This document shows positions 1 to 8,374 of a stretch of 64,000 nucleotides of DNA, piece after piece. This stretch comes from Candidatus Binatia bacterium (GTDB lineage Bacteria; Desulfobacterota; Binatia; Bin18): the NCBI GenBank assembly GCA_963664395.2, contig OY761159.2, positions 3,712,001 through 3,776,000 on the forward strand, read 5' to 3'. Made by a program: the position numbers and the translations under genes. Position 1 is the first letter of the stretch. Every line of letters begins with the position of its first letter. The notes under the pieces were generated by a model. The model was not told the DNA's origin. It did no database searches and saw only the letters and a list, made by a program, of their open reading frames with translations.

Positions 1-297
1 AGCCGGATGTTCAGGATTGCCTTCAAACTTTCTGATTGCGAGCGTCTCCGGATCAACATAGGCAAGCAGGCCGCAGGCCGACTCGCAATTAAAACACGTG
101 GTAGGGATAAGCATAGACCGCTGTTCGACGCGCTGGGGCCAGGCGCGCGCGTCCAACTCAACCCAATCGTCCCAACGTTCCTTGGGAGGAAAAGCCGCAA
201 GGTGGCTACGACTTGGCCCTGGATAAAAAGTTTCACCCCGCGCCTGCGTGTCTTGGCGAGCGGCGGAAACGCGTGCATTGCGGCGCTTAATACTCAT
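1..297 (-). CDS. Molybdopterin-dependent oxidoreductase catalytic subunit, N-terminal part (runs off window)
   Basis: Manual translation from ATG at 297 (GGGAGG RBS upstream): MSIKRRNARV...WDDWVELD...PTTCFNCESACGLLAYVD...KFEGNPEHP. The CxxCxxxC...GNPEHP motif is the N-terminal 4Fe-4S motif of DMSO-reductase-family enzymes. Not in the ORF track. Confidence 0.85.
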   Translation of the reverse strand, partial: MSIKRRNARVSAARQDTQARGETFYPGPSRSHLAAFPPKERWDDWVELDARAWPQRVEQRSMLIPTTCFNCESACGLLAYVDPETLAIRKFEGNPEHPA

Positions 298-308
298 GGC
301 AGTCCTCC

Positions 309-1853
309 CTAGGCGAGCGGTACGCTTTGACCGGCCTGAATGTAGGCGTGTTCATGCGCCAGCAATCCCATAAGCGCTGCACACCCTGCCAGTATGGCTG
401 CCCAGGGGGCGAGCAGGCCGATAGAGACCAGGAGTATCCCACCCCAGAAATAAGGCCGGTATTGACCCTTCGTCATCTCAGCAGCTGCCAGATGGGCGTG
501 GACCGTGGGATGGCTCAGCGTCATTTCCCCGCTCATGAGGAGGAGATGCAGCGCACATGACATTCCTAATAGCGTGGCTAATGGTGAAACCATGTCTGGT
601 GACAACCAGACCGCACAGGGGATGAGCGCAGCGGCTCCGGCGATAACCGCTTGGACGAGGAAATGCAGCGGGAGGAGCGGGCTTTGCCATAAGTCACGGG
701 CGGTCGATTGGGCAAAGAGATAGGCTGTATACACAGCGGTCAGCACGCCAAACGGGATACCGGGCAGCATGAGGGCTGACTGAAATGCTGTTCCGTCGGC
801 AAGAAGGCTCGCAAAAAAATGGAGGACAAGAACGAGACTGAAACCAAGGATGATAAAAGCGCCTCTGACCAGCCAGCTCCTCCACTGAGGGCGCGTAAAG
901 ATCAACACAAAGCGCTCAGGGTGGTCCAAATCAGCGATGAGAATCAGACCGGTGAGGGCAAGAAATGTACCGCTCAGGGTGGGGGCAATCCACTGCCAGA
1001 GAACGTTCTCCGGCCGCATCAGGCCAAAGAACACGAGAAACAGTGGAACGAGATACGCCCCCGAGGCGATCCCTTTTGTCCAGGTATAGAGGCTCAGTCG
1101 CCAATCCCACGGGGAATGATGCGGCACGTCATACGCCAGCACCGCTTGGACGGAGCTATTGTTCCGGGTTGGATGGCCTGAGGTCACCTGGTGCGGTCCC
1201 CGGCCTTGCTCACTCCACATAAAAAGGCCGCCTTCAGGACGTGTGGCGGCAAGCGGGTCAAGTGTTGCCTGATGTGCGCCTGTGTAGAACAATTTTGGAT
1301 GCGTTTCCTTTTCAGGGCGGCGCACGGTGACGGGTTCTCGGCCAACGATTGCCGCTACTCTTGAACCTGGTTCATTCAGGTCGCCAACCAGGATGGCCTC
1401 GGTCGGGCAGACCACAACGCAGGCCGGCTCAAGGTTCATATCAATCCGATGCGCACAAAAGTTGCACTTCTCGGCCGAGTGGTCTTCGGGATTGATAAAG
1501 ATGGCATCGTAAGGACAGGCCGCGATACAGGCTTTGCAGCCAATACAGATGGACTTGTCGAAATCCACAATGCCGTCAGAACGGGTATACATGGCGGCGG
1601 TAGGACATGCGTACGTACACGGCGCGTCTTGACATTGATTACATCGATTGACTTGAAAAGCCCGCCGCACGTTTGGAAAAGTTCCTACGTCGACGTATTT
1701 CACATAGGTGCGATTGACCGATACCGGGACATGGTTCTCTGATTTGCAGGCAGTAGTGCATGCATGGCAGCCAATACATTTGGTGTGATCAATGACCTTG
1801 GCCCAGCTCACTACAGATGCAGCTTGCGGCGTCTCTTGAGCGGTTGGTTCCAT
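309..1853 (-). CDS. 4Fe-4S dicluster protein fused to NrfD/PsrC polysulfide-reductase-type membrane anchor
   Basis: Four Cys clusters (CIGCHACTTAC, CNQCQDAPC, CIGCKACIAACP, KCNFC), then about 8 hydrophobic helices with the NrfD motif DLDHPERF...W. Start placed at ATG 1853, which has an AAGGAG RBS. Confidence 0.88.
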   Translation of the reverse strand: MEPTAQETPQAASVVSWAKVIDHTKCIGCHACTTACKSENHVPVSVNRTYVKYVDVGTFPNVRRAFQVNRCNQCQDAPCTYACPTAAMYTRSDGIVDFDKSICIGCKACIAACPYDAIFINPEDHSAEKCNFCAHRIDMNLEPACVVVCPTEAILVGDLNEPGSRVAAIVGREPVTVRRPEKETHPKLFYTGAHQATLDPLAATRPEGGLFMWSEQGRGPHQVTSGHPTRNNSSVQAVLAYDVPHHSPWDWRLSLYTWTKGIASGAYLVPLFLVFFGLMRPENVLWQWIAPTLSGTFLALTGLILIADLDHPERFVLIFTRPQWRSWLVRGAFIILGFSLVLVLHFFASLLADGTAFQSALMLPGIPFGVLTAVYTAYLFAQSTARDLWQSPLLPLHFLVQAVIAGAAALIPCAVWLSPDMVSPLATLLGMSCALHLLLMSGEMTLSHPTVHAHLAAAEMTKGQYRPYFWGGILLVSIGLLAPWAAILAGCAALMGLLAHEHAYIQAGQSVPLA

Positions 1854-1913
1854 GCAGTCTGCTCCTTCCCGCGTTAGGCTCTCTATCCATTGAGAACCGC
1901 CCCCATTTCTCAA

Positions 1914-2951
1914 TTACCGCTCAATGGGCAAGTGTTGCTCGTTCCAGTCAAGCATCCCGCCTTTAAGATTCGACACCTGCACAAACCCCAGGCCGGTGAG
2001 AATGGCTGCGGCCGTTGTGCTGCGGACTCCAGCCCGACAGATAACAATGATATTGCCGTCTTTGTACTGTTCAATTTCTCCGGCACGAGCCGGCACTTCC
2101 TTGAGGGGGATGAGGATGCTGCCCGCTATATGGCCAAGGTCATCGCTGTATTCGTCTGGTTCGCGCACATCAAGCAGGAGAGGAGGGGAGGGGTTATCCA
2201 GTTGGGCTTGGACGTCTCGCGCGGACAATTGGCGTACTCCGTTCAGCGCAGACAGACTCGGAAATTGAATGGATTCGTCTTCAATAGCGGATTGGTTCGG
2301 TTGGAGAACTTCTTGAATTTTATCTGGCAGCGAGAGGTGGAGGTTGTTCATCAAATCGACATATTCCTGGCGACTGCGGCCTGCAACGCGCGGATTTGTG
2401 TGTCTTTCTTCACCAATAGTGGATTGGGTATGACCGCGGTAGTCATGACCGGGAAAGACCAGTGTACTGTCGGGCAAGGTGAACAGTTTGTGATAGATGC
2501 CGTCGTACTGGGCGCCAGGGTCGCCATCGGGGAAGTCGGTGCGCCCGGTGCCGTGGATAAAAAGGGTGTCGCCGGTGAACACCCGATCCATGGCGTGTAA
2601 ACACATAGAGTCTGGCGTATGGCCTGGGGTAGCGAGCACATGTATGGTGAGCGTCCCAACTCGGATGAGTTGCCCATCTTCAACATGCCTATCAACATGC
2701 GGGGCTGGGGCGCGCTTATGCATGACAACTGGAGCGTCCGTGAGATCATGTAATTCCCAGCTCCCCGTCAGATGATCCGCGTGGGTATGCGTATCGATAA
2801 TGACGTCGAGCGTGTACCCATAATAGGCGAGGAGGGCGAGATAACGGTCGGTTTTTTCGAAGACTGGATCAATGAGGGCGACTGCATGTGTTTTTTCACA
2901 CCCAATCAGATAGGTCTTTGTTGCGCTGCGGTTGAGTTCACGGAACAGCAT
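1914..2951 (-). CDS. Persulfide dioxygenase (ETHE1-like MBL fold)-rhodanese fusion
   Basis: HTHADH, TPGHT, FTGDTL, GTGRTDF and PGHDY motifs. C-terminal rhodanese domain with LDVREPDEY and active-site CRAGVRS. Confidence 0.85.
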   Translation of the reverse strand: MLFRELNRSATKTYLIGCEKTHAVALIDPVFEKTDRYLALLAYYGYTLDVIIDTHTHADHLTGSWELHDLTDAPVVMHKRAPAPHVDRHVEDGQLIRVGTLTIHVLATPGHTPDSMCLHAMDRVFTGDTLFIHGTGRTDFPDGDPGAQYDGIYHKLFTLPDSTLVFPGHDYRGHTQSTIGEERHTNPRVAGRSRQEYVDLMNNLHLSLPDKIQEVLQPNQSAIEDESIQFPSLSALNGVRQLSARDVQAQLDNPSPPLLLDVREPDEYSDDLGHIAGSILIPLKEVPARAGEIEQYKDGNIIVICRAGVRSTTAAAILTGLGFVQVSNLKGGMLDWNEQHLPIER

Positions 2952-3010
2952 GGTGATTCTGCCCCACTCTCTCCAAATAAGAAAATAATGTCAAGAGATA
3001 TGGCGCGGCC

Positions 3011-3106
3011 AAAAAAAGAGCCGTCCGAGGCTGGGCTGCAAATGATTGCAGCGGGGTTCAACTGGCCCAAATGAACGGCCCTGCCTCCCCGAAGCGGAAG
3101 AGGGCC
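3011..3106 (-). promoter_or_regulatory. Structured leader with terminator-like stem and U7 upstream of the sulfur operon
   Basis: On the minus strand GGGCCGTTC (3081-3073) pairs with GGACGGCTC (3026-3018) and is followed by T7 (3017-3011). Internal hairpin at 3035-3052; alternative overlapping hairpin at 3077-3106. Confidence 0.4.
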
Positions 3107-3165
3107 TACGCTCCAATCCTCAACCGCATTGACATGCGTCCGGGACCCAGACTAAGGGGTGATAT

Positions 3166-4065
3166 ATGTACTGGCTCCCCATCGTCTTTCTACTTGGATT
3201 CCTCTGTATGTCCTGCGAAAGTTTTCTCTCTCCTGACGCGAGGCGTCAGACAGAGACCGAAAGAGACGTCCTAGGACTTCGAGGTCCCGTCCGCTCGTTA
3301 TCCCTCTTTCAGGCTGTCCTAGCGAAAAAGGGTGAGACGTGGGAGCCGCAGGAAGCAGTGCCGACCCGTATCGAGCAGTTTGATCGGCGTGGCAATCTCA
3401 CCGAGCGCCTCTCCTACGACCCCGGTGGAACGCTGCGCGAGCGAGTGGTCTTTTCCTACGACGCGAGCACAAATGAAAGAGAAGTGCGGCGCTATGGGCC
3501 AGAGAACAGCTTCCTTGGACGAATTGTCTCATCCTGTGATGACCACGGATCCCCGGCTGAGTCGCGTTCGTATTCGGCCAGGGATGTTCTGACTGAGCGA
3601 GCGATTTTTCAGTATGACGCTAATGGAAAGGAAGTCGAATCCCATACGTATCAGCAGGCAGGTGAGCTGAAAAACCGAACGTCCTCGCGCTACGACGTCC
3701 ACGGAAATGTTGAAGAGCAGTTGTGGTACGATGCGGCAGATGCGCTCGTGCAGAAGGTTGTCTATCACCGCGACTTTCAGGGAACCCTGGTGACCCGAGT
3801 CTCTTTTGTCTATGCTGCCAACTCCGGGCTGAGTGAGCGAACGGACGGCCACTTCAATAATAACGGTGATTTGACCGAACGCAGTGTTTACGTGGACAGT
3901 GGTCGGCAGCAACACAAAGAGATGTTTACCTACCGTTACGATGCTTTTGGCAATTGGACGACCCAAACGGTAAAGCGGCAGGTCGTCAATAAGAATGCAT
4001 CCTATTTTGCACCGACGCGGATTATCTTTCGTGTTTTTGAGTACTACGAAAAAGGTGGAACGTAA
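3166..4065 (+). CDS. YD-repeat-like putative lipoprotein
   Basis: Hydrophobic N-terminus ending in CMSC (lipobox-like). About 8 repeats of (Y/F)DxxG(N)xxExxxY with a period near 24 aa. Confidence 0.65.
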   Translation: MYWLPIVFLLGFLCMSCESFLSPDARRQTETERDVLGLRGPVRSLSLFQAVLAKKGETWEPQEAVPTRIEQFDRRGNLTERLSYDPGGTLRERVVFSYDASTNEREVRRYGPENSFLGRIVSSCDDHGSPAESRSYSARDVLTERAIFQYDANGKEVESHTYQQAGELKNRTSSRYDVHGNVEEQLWYDAADALVQKVVYHRDFQGTLVTRVSFVYAANSGLSERTDGHFNNNGDLTERSVYVDSGRQQHKEMFTYRYDAFGNWTTQTVKRQVVNKNASYFAPTRIIFRVFEYYEKGGT

Positions 4066-4098
4066 TACGCATCTAATCACTATCCCTTCGCCTTCATG

Positions 4099-4132
4099 CT
4101 TCGACAGAGCCTGCCCTGAGCAGTGTCAAAGG
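4099..4132. repeat. REP-like intergenic palindromic element (degenerate)
   Basis: CTTCGACAGAGCCTGCCCTGAGCAGTGTCAAAGG between convergent genes; resembles the common CTTCGAC...CCTGAGC...GTCGAAGG repeat type. Confidence 0.35.
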
Positions 4133-4147
4133 AGGCGAGCGGGTCTG

Positions 4148-4744
4148 CTATGTCCGACGCGTGAGTATACAACCCAATTCGTGTAGTCCGGCTGGATGCG
4201 GAATGGTGAGCGGTTCAGCGTCTCGCCATTCCCAGCGAGTTTCCTGAAAAAGCTGATGCATGGTATCGAGATCGCATGGAAACGGCGGGCCAGCTGGGTT
4301 TGTTGCTTGCATGAAGAGCGCAAACAGTTGTCCGCTCGGCTTGAGCCACGAGAAGAGTTGGCGTTCATAGTCCTGGCGGGTTGAGGGATTGATGGCACAC
4401 AAACAGGTTTGGTCGTAGATTGCATCGAAGCGGTCGGGTGCATCCCAGTCGAGTAAGTCGGCTTGAATCACCTCTGCGGTCACGCCCGCGTTCTCAATCA
4501 ACTGTTGGGCGCCGTGCACTGCCGATGGGGCGAGATCAACGGCCGTGACCTCAAACCCCTGCTGCGCAAGGATGACAACCTCATGGCAACGCCCACAGCC
4601 GGGAATAAGTATCCGACACGGTTGAAGCAGTCCTTGCTCAAGCCAGGTGAGGAGGGCTGGGCTGGCTGATTCCCGTTGCCAGCCGGTTTGGCCTGTGTGA
4701 TATCGAGTTTCCCACTCAGCTTGCCGAGTCGCGGTGTGACTCAC
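4148..4744 (-). CDS. Thiopurine S-methyltransferase (TPMT)/thiol methyltransferase family protein
   Basis: WETRY..GQTGW, LIPGCGR SAM motif I, FDAIYDQTCLCAI and GPPF motifs. Confidence 0.85.
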   Translation of the reverse strand: MSHTATRQAEWETRYHTGQTGWQRESASPALLTWLEQGLLQPCRILIPGCGRCHEVVILAQQGFEVTAVDLAPSAVHGAQQLIENAGVTAEVIQADLLDWDAPDRFDAIYDQTCLCAINPSTRQDYERQLFSWLKPSGQLFALFMQATNPAGPPFPCDLDTMHQLFQETRWEWRDAEPLTIPHPAGLHELGCILTRRT

Positions 4745-5105
4745 GATCGTCTCCTTAGCTCGGGCGGAGACTTCCCAGCGCAGAGGCGCTGGGAGGCCGG
4801 CCTTAAAAGGGCTCGAACCCGTACGGTCTGAAGAAATGGCCGGTGTAGGACTCGGCGTTATTTGAAGGTGTGGCGCGGAAAGGTCTGGGTGGTGCCAGAG
4901 TTAAAGGTGAAGGGGAGAGGCCCGTGCACATTGGAGTTGGGATCCCCTCTATATTCAATCTCGCCATTCACCGACCCGCAATTCTCAGGAAGAGTTGGCC
5001 CAATTCATATACTGACTATCCACCATAAATGAATCAGAGCCATATACCAAATAGTCGAGGCCGACAAGCTCATAAGCACGGCCAAAAGATAAAGGAAATG
5101 TGACG

Positions 5106-6257
5106 TCAGCGGACCACTGCCCGCAGGGCTTCGGCGAGAGCGATAATGTCTGCTTGCGTATTGTAGACATGCGGAGACACGCGAATGGAAGTGCCACGCT
5201 GTGAGACATAGACTGCGCGCTGGCGTAATTCTTCGAGAATGGCGGGAATCTGCTCGGCGTCGGCAAGACGAACACCAAACAGGTGGGCTGCACGCTCGTT
5301 TGGTGGCGCGACTGTGTATGGGGTCCCTTCAAGGGTATGAACGAGTTCTTTGCCAAGCCGCGCGCAGTAATGCTGAATATTGCTGACTCCCCATTCGCTG
5401 ATCTGCTTGAGAGCGGCGAGGAGCATGGGAATCATAATGAAATTCGAGCGCTCTCCGGTATCAAAGCGCCGAGCCCCTGGTTGGTATTCAGACTGATAAT
5501 TGATTAAGGCGCTAAAATTCTGACTATCTTTGCGGTTAATCCAGTTATGCTCAAATGGCTCCCCATTCAGCAAGCGATCCCCGACAGCCGCGAAGCTGTA
5601 CTGGTAGGGGCCAAGCAGCCATTTATAGCCGGCGCAGACCAAAAGATCGGGCTGAACCTGTTCGAAATCAAACGGCAGAGCGCCGACCGACTGGGTGCCG
5701 TCCACAATAAATAGCGCACCCACATCGCGGGCACGCTGTCCAATCTGCTCAAGCTCAAACAGGGTGCCATCTGTCCAGTGCACACTGCTCAGGGCAACGA
5801 CGGCAGTATCGGCATCGATGGCTTCGAGAAATCGTGTGTTCCAGACTTTTCCCGGTACGTGCGCTTCTCGGGGCCGGTCAACCCTGCGCAAGGTTGCTCG
5901 CGTGCGCTTGCACTGCTCCAGCCAGGGATAGACATTGCTCGGGAACTCTTCACCGGGAATCACGACGTTCTGTTCCGGTGTGAGCGGCAGGTTGTGTGTC
6001 GCGATGCTCATCCCATAGCTGACTGCAGGGACGAGGGCGATTCGCTCGGGCGAGGTGTGAACGAGTCGGGCGAACGCACGGCGCAATTCTTCTGCCGGCT
6101 CGAAAAAGTCTTCAGGCGTGATCTCGGCAGGAACGGCTTTGCGTCGCAGACCGTTGATGCCGGCCGTCTCAACGGCTTTCAGCAACGGCGACATATAGGC
6201 ACAGTTGAGGTAGTGCTGGCCGTCGGGCAAGGAAAATAAATCGCGCTGGCATTGCAT
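5106..6257 (-). CDS. Class V PLP-dependent aminotransferase (cysteine desulfurase/C-S(Se) lyase-like)
   Basis: YLNCAYMSP, VDGTQSVG, AGYKWLLGP (PLP lysine) and IRVSPHVYN motifs. Confidence 0.85.
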   Translation of the reverse strand: MQCQRDLFSLPDGQHYLNCAYMSPLLKAVETAGINGLRRKAVPAEITPEDFFEPAEELRRAFARLVHTSPERIALVPAVSYGMSIATHNLPLTPEQNVVIPGEEFPSNVYPWLEQCKRTRATLRRVDRPREAHVPGKVWNTRFLEAIDADTAVVALSSVHWTDGTLFELEQIGQRARDVGALFIVDGTQSVGALPFDFEQVQPDLLVCAGYKWLLGPYQYSFAAVGDRLLNGEPFEHNWINRKDSQNFSALINYQSEYQPGARRFDTGERSNFIMIPMLLAALKQISEWGVSNIQHYCARLGKELVHTLEGTPYTVAPPNERAAHLFGVRLADAEQIPAILEELRQRAVYVSQRGTSIRVSPHVYNTQADIIALAEALRAVVR

Positions 6258-6390
6258 CGGTGTGCTCGTTTCTCGGCTAGGCTCTATCCTGAGCAGTCAG
6301 TATTGAGGGGATCGTATCACGGTCCTGCACGGTAGGCGCGTAAGACAGGGATACGTGGTTTCCATTGTTTTCTTGTGCTAGCGTAACACT

Positions 6391-6792
6391 ATGGGCCGGG
6401 TTTACCAGCAGTATTGTGTCACCTTTCTTTTTCTGGTGTTGCTCCTGCATTGCACGCAGATGTGCCTTGCTGCCGGTCATACTCGGACGACCAGTGTATC
6501 TCCTCCTGATTCAGCTCAGAGCACTCAGACAGCTCCGTGTCATACACCGGACAGAGAGTCGCATTCCACCCCTGAGAAGTGTCCGGATTGCGGAGAGCAT
6601 TTCTTTCTCAAGCCTCTCGTGGTGGGAGGCCAGGAACTGTCTGCTGCTTCACCTGCGGCGCGTTTCCTCGCGTTCTCGGCCGCATCAGTGAGTGTCTCCT
6701 CCCGGCCAGTATCCCTTGACCTTCGACTCTCAGCAGGACGGGCTCAATATTCCGTCCCGCTATATCTATCCTTCTCTATTTTCCGTCTCTAA
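6391..6792 (+). CDS. Small Cys/His-rich exported protein preceding the metal efflux operon (DUF2946-like)
   Basis: Signal-like N-terminus, PCH and CPDC motifs, C-terminal PLYLSFSIFRL. Position matches peptides often found upstream of cus/czc operons. Confidence 0.5.
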   Translation: MGRVYQQYCVTFLFLVLLLHCTQMCLAAGHTRTTSVSPPDSAQSTQTAPCHTPDRESHSTPEKCPDCGEHFFLKPLVVGGQELSAASPAARFLAFSAASVSVSSRPVSLDLRLSAGRAQYSVPLYLSFSIFRL

Positions 6793-6922
6793 AGCTCCCA
6801 GGCTATCACCTGGACGGTGGTAGTTCTCATTTCTGTGCTGCGACGGCGCACTGACGTCGAACCGCGCTGTGTGTGTCTTTCGAAGACGCACAATACCACC
6901 AGTATTGAGAAAGTAGCCTCTT

Positions 6923-8374
6923 ATGATGAACGGTTTCGCGTGGCGATTCCTGATTATTGCACTTGCCGTTATAACTCCCCTGCCGTTGGGGTGCGCGACG
7001 GCTCCCATCTTCACTGCCCGTACCGGAGGAGGGCCATCTCCCATGCCTCAGAGCAAGGCTTTACGGCCTGTTCCGGGAGAAGATACGCTTGACACGGTCG
7101 CCGTCCCAAGGGGGAAGACGCAGTCTACCGCCTCCGCGACAGGACGATTTCCTGAGACTCTGCATGGCTATCTCGGCTCTGCGCTCGAAAACAGCGCTGG
7201 GCTGCGGGGGAGTTTTGCGGCCTATCAAGCGGCTCTCAAAAAACGTCCTCAAGTCACTGCTCTTGCTGACCCCCGACTGACCTATGGGTATTTCCTGCGT
7301 TCGGTTGAGACTCGGGTCGGAGCGCAGCAACATCGGCTCGGAATAACCCAAGCGTTTCCGTGGTTCGGAACGCTGACGCTACGTGGTGATGAGGCAGATT
7401 TCGAGGCGCGCGCGGCATTTTACCGTTTTCTGAGCCTCAAGAACGAACTCGTTTTTGATGTGACCAAGACGTATGCCGAACTGGTCTATCTGCATGCTGC
7501 GGTCCGCATTGCCGAAGAGACTCTCCAACTTGTTCAATCCTGGGAAAAAGTCCTCCAGGTCCGTTTTCGCTCTGGGATCGGGACACATAGCGATCTGGTC
7601 CGCGTGCAGACCGAGCTGGGACAATTAGAGGACCGCCTCGCGGAATTCCGTGAGGTCAGACAACCGACCCAAGTGGCGTTCAACGCACTGTTGAATCGTC
7701 CCACGACGGCACCTATTCACATTCCCCCCAGCCTGCTCCTGGACCCAGCTCTGGATGCAGAAGCGAGCGCCGCACGGCAGTTGACCGAAGAGACTGTCCT
7801 CACAGGCAATCCTGGGCTTGCGCGCTTGGATGCCCTCATTCAGGCGGGACGCGTGGGCGTCGAACTGGCCGGGAAGACGGCCTACCCCGATTTTACTCTC
7901 GGCCTTGATTATATCGCGACGGATAAGCGTCCGGGGCCAACGGACAGCGGCAAAGATGCTCTGCTGCCGACGCTCTCAATGACTCTCCCTATCTATTGGC
8001 AGAAGAATCAGGCGAGAGTCGAGGAAGCGGTCCTGCGGCAATACAGCCTCGAAGCGCAGCGTCGGGATAGCGCCGCTGTGTTAGCCTCAGACTTTGCCCG
8101 AGCGCGGTTTGCGCTGCGAGATGCCGAGCGCAAGACTGCTCTCTTTACCCATACGCTGCTGCCCAAAGCCGAAGAGTCTATTGAGGCCAGCTTTACTGCC
8201 TATGAAAGTGGCGAGGTCGGCTTCTTGGACGTGCTCGATTCAGGCCGGAGGTTGCTGGATTTCGAACTCTCGCTGAGCCGGGCACGAACGGATCGAGCCA
8301 TCGCCATCGCGAAGCTTTTTATGCTGAGCGGAGGATATAGCGATTTCCTCTCTGCTGAGGAGAGGGGAAGGTGA
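6923..8374 (+). CDS. TolC-family outer membrane efflux protein (CusC-like)
   Basis: Lipobox-like LGC, OEP helical repeats, QAFPWFG and YESGEVGFLDVLDS motifs. Overlaps the adaptor gene by GTGA. Confidence 0.88.
   Translation: MMNGFAWRFLIIALAVITPLPLGCATAPIFTARTGGGPSPMPQSKALRPVPGEDTLDTVAVPRGKTQSTASATGRFPETLHGYLGSALENSAGLRGSFAAYQAALKKRPQVTALADPRLTYGYFLRSVETRVGAQQHRLGITQAFPWFGTLTLRGDEADFEARAAFYRFLSLKNELVFDVTKTYAELVYLHAAVRIAEETLQLVQSWEKVLQVRFRSGIGTHSDLVRVQTELGQLEDRLAEFREVRQPTQVAFNALLNRPTTAPIHIPPSLLLDPALDAEASAARQLTEETVLTGNPGLARLDALIQAGRVGVELAGKTAYPDFTLGLDYIATDKRPGPTDSGKDALLPTLSMTLPIYWQKNQARVEEAVLRQYSLEAQRRDSAAVLASDFARARFALRDAERKTALFTHTLLPKAEESIEASFTAYESGEVGFLDVLDSGRRLLDFELSLSRARTDRAIAIAKLFMLSGGYSDFLSAEERGR

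Noticed and set aside
270-297. Twin-arginine signal in the Mo subunit (KRRN)
   Set aside because: No S/T-RR-x-FLK consensus and no hydrophobic h-region follows.
3021-3103. Moco riboswitch (plus strand has TCCGAG...GCCTCCC...GGAA)
   Set aside because: Only partial motif resemblance, and it points away from the Mo-enzyme operon. Kept only as an unassigned structured element.
4858-5075. Possible third Sec ORF on the minus strand with an in-frame TGA
   Set aside because: No redox motif, no recognisable family and no convincing downstream hairpin.
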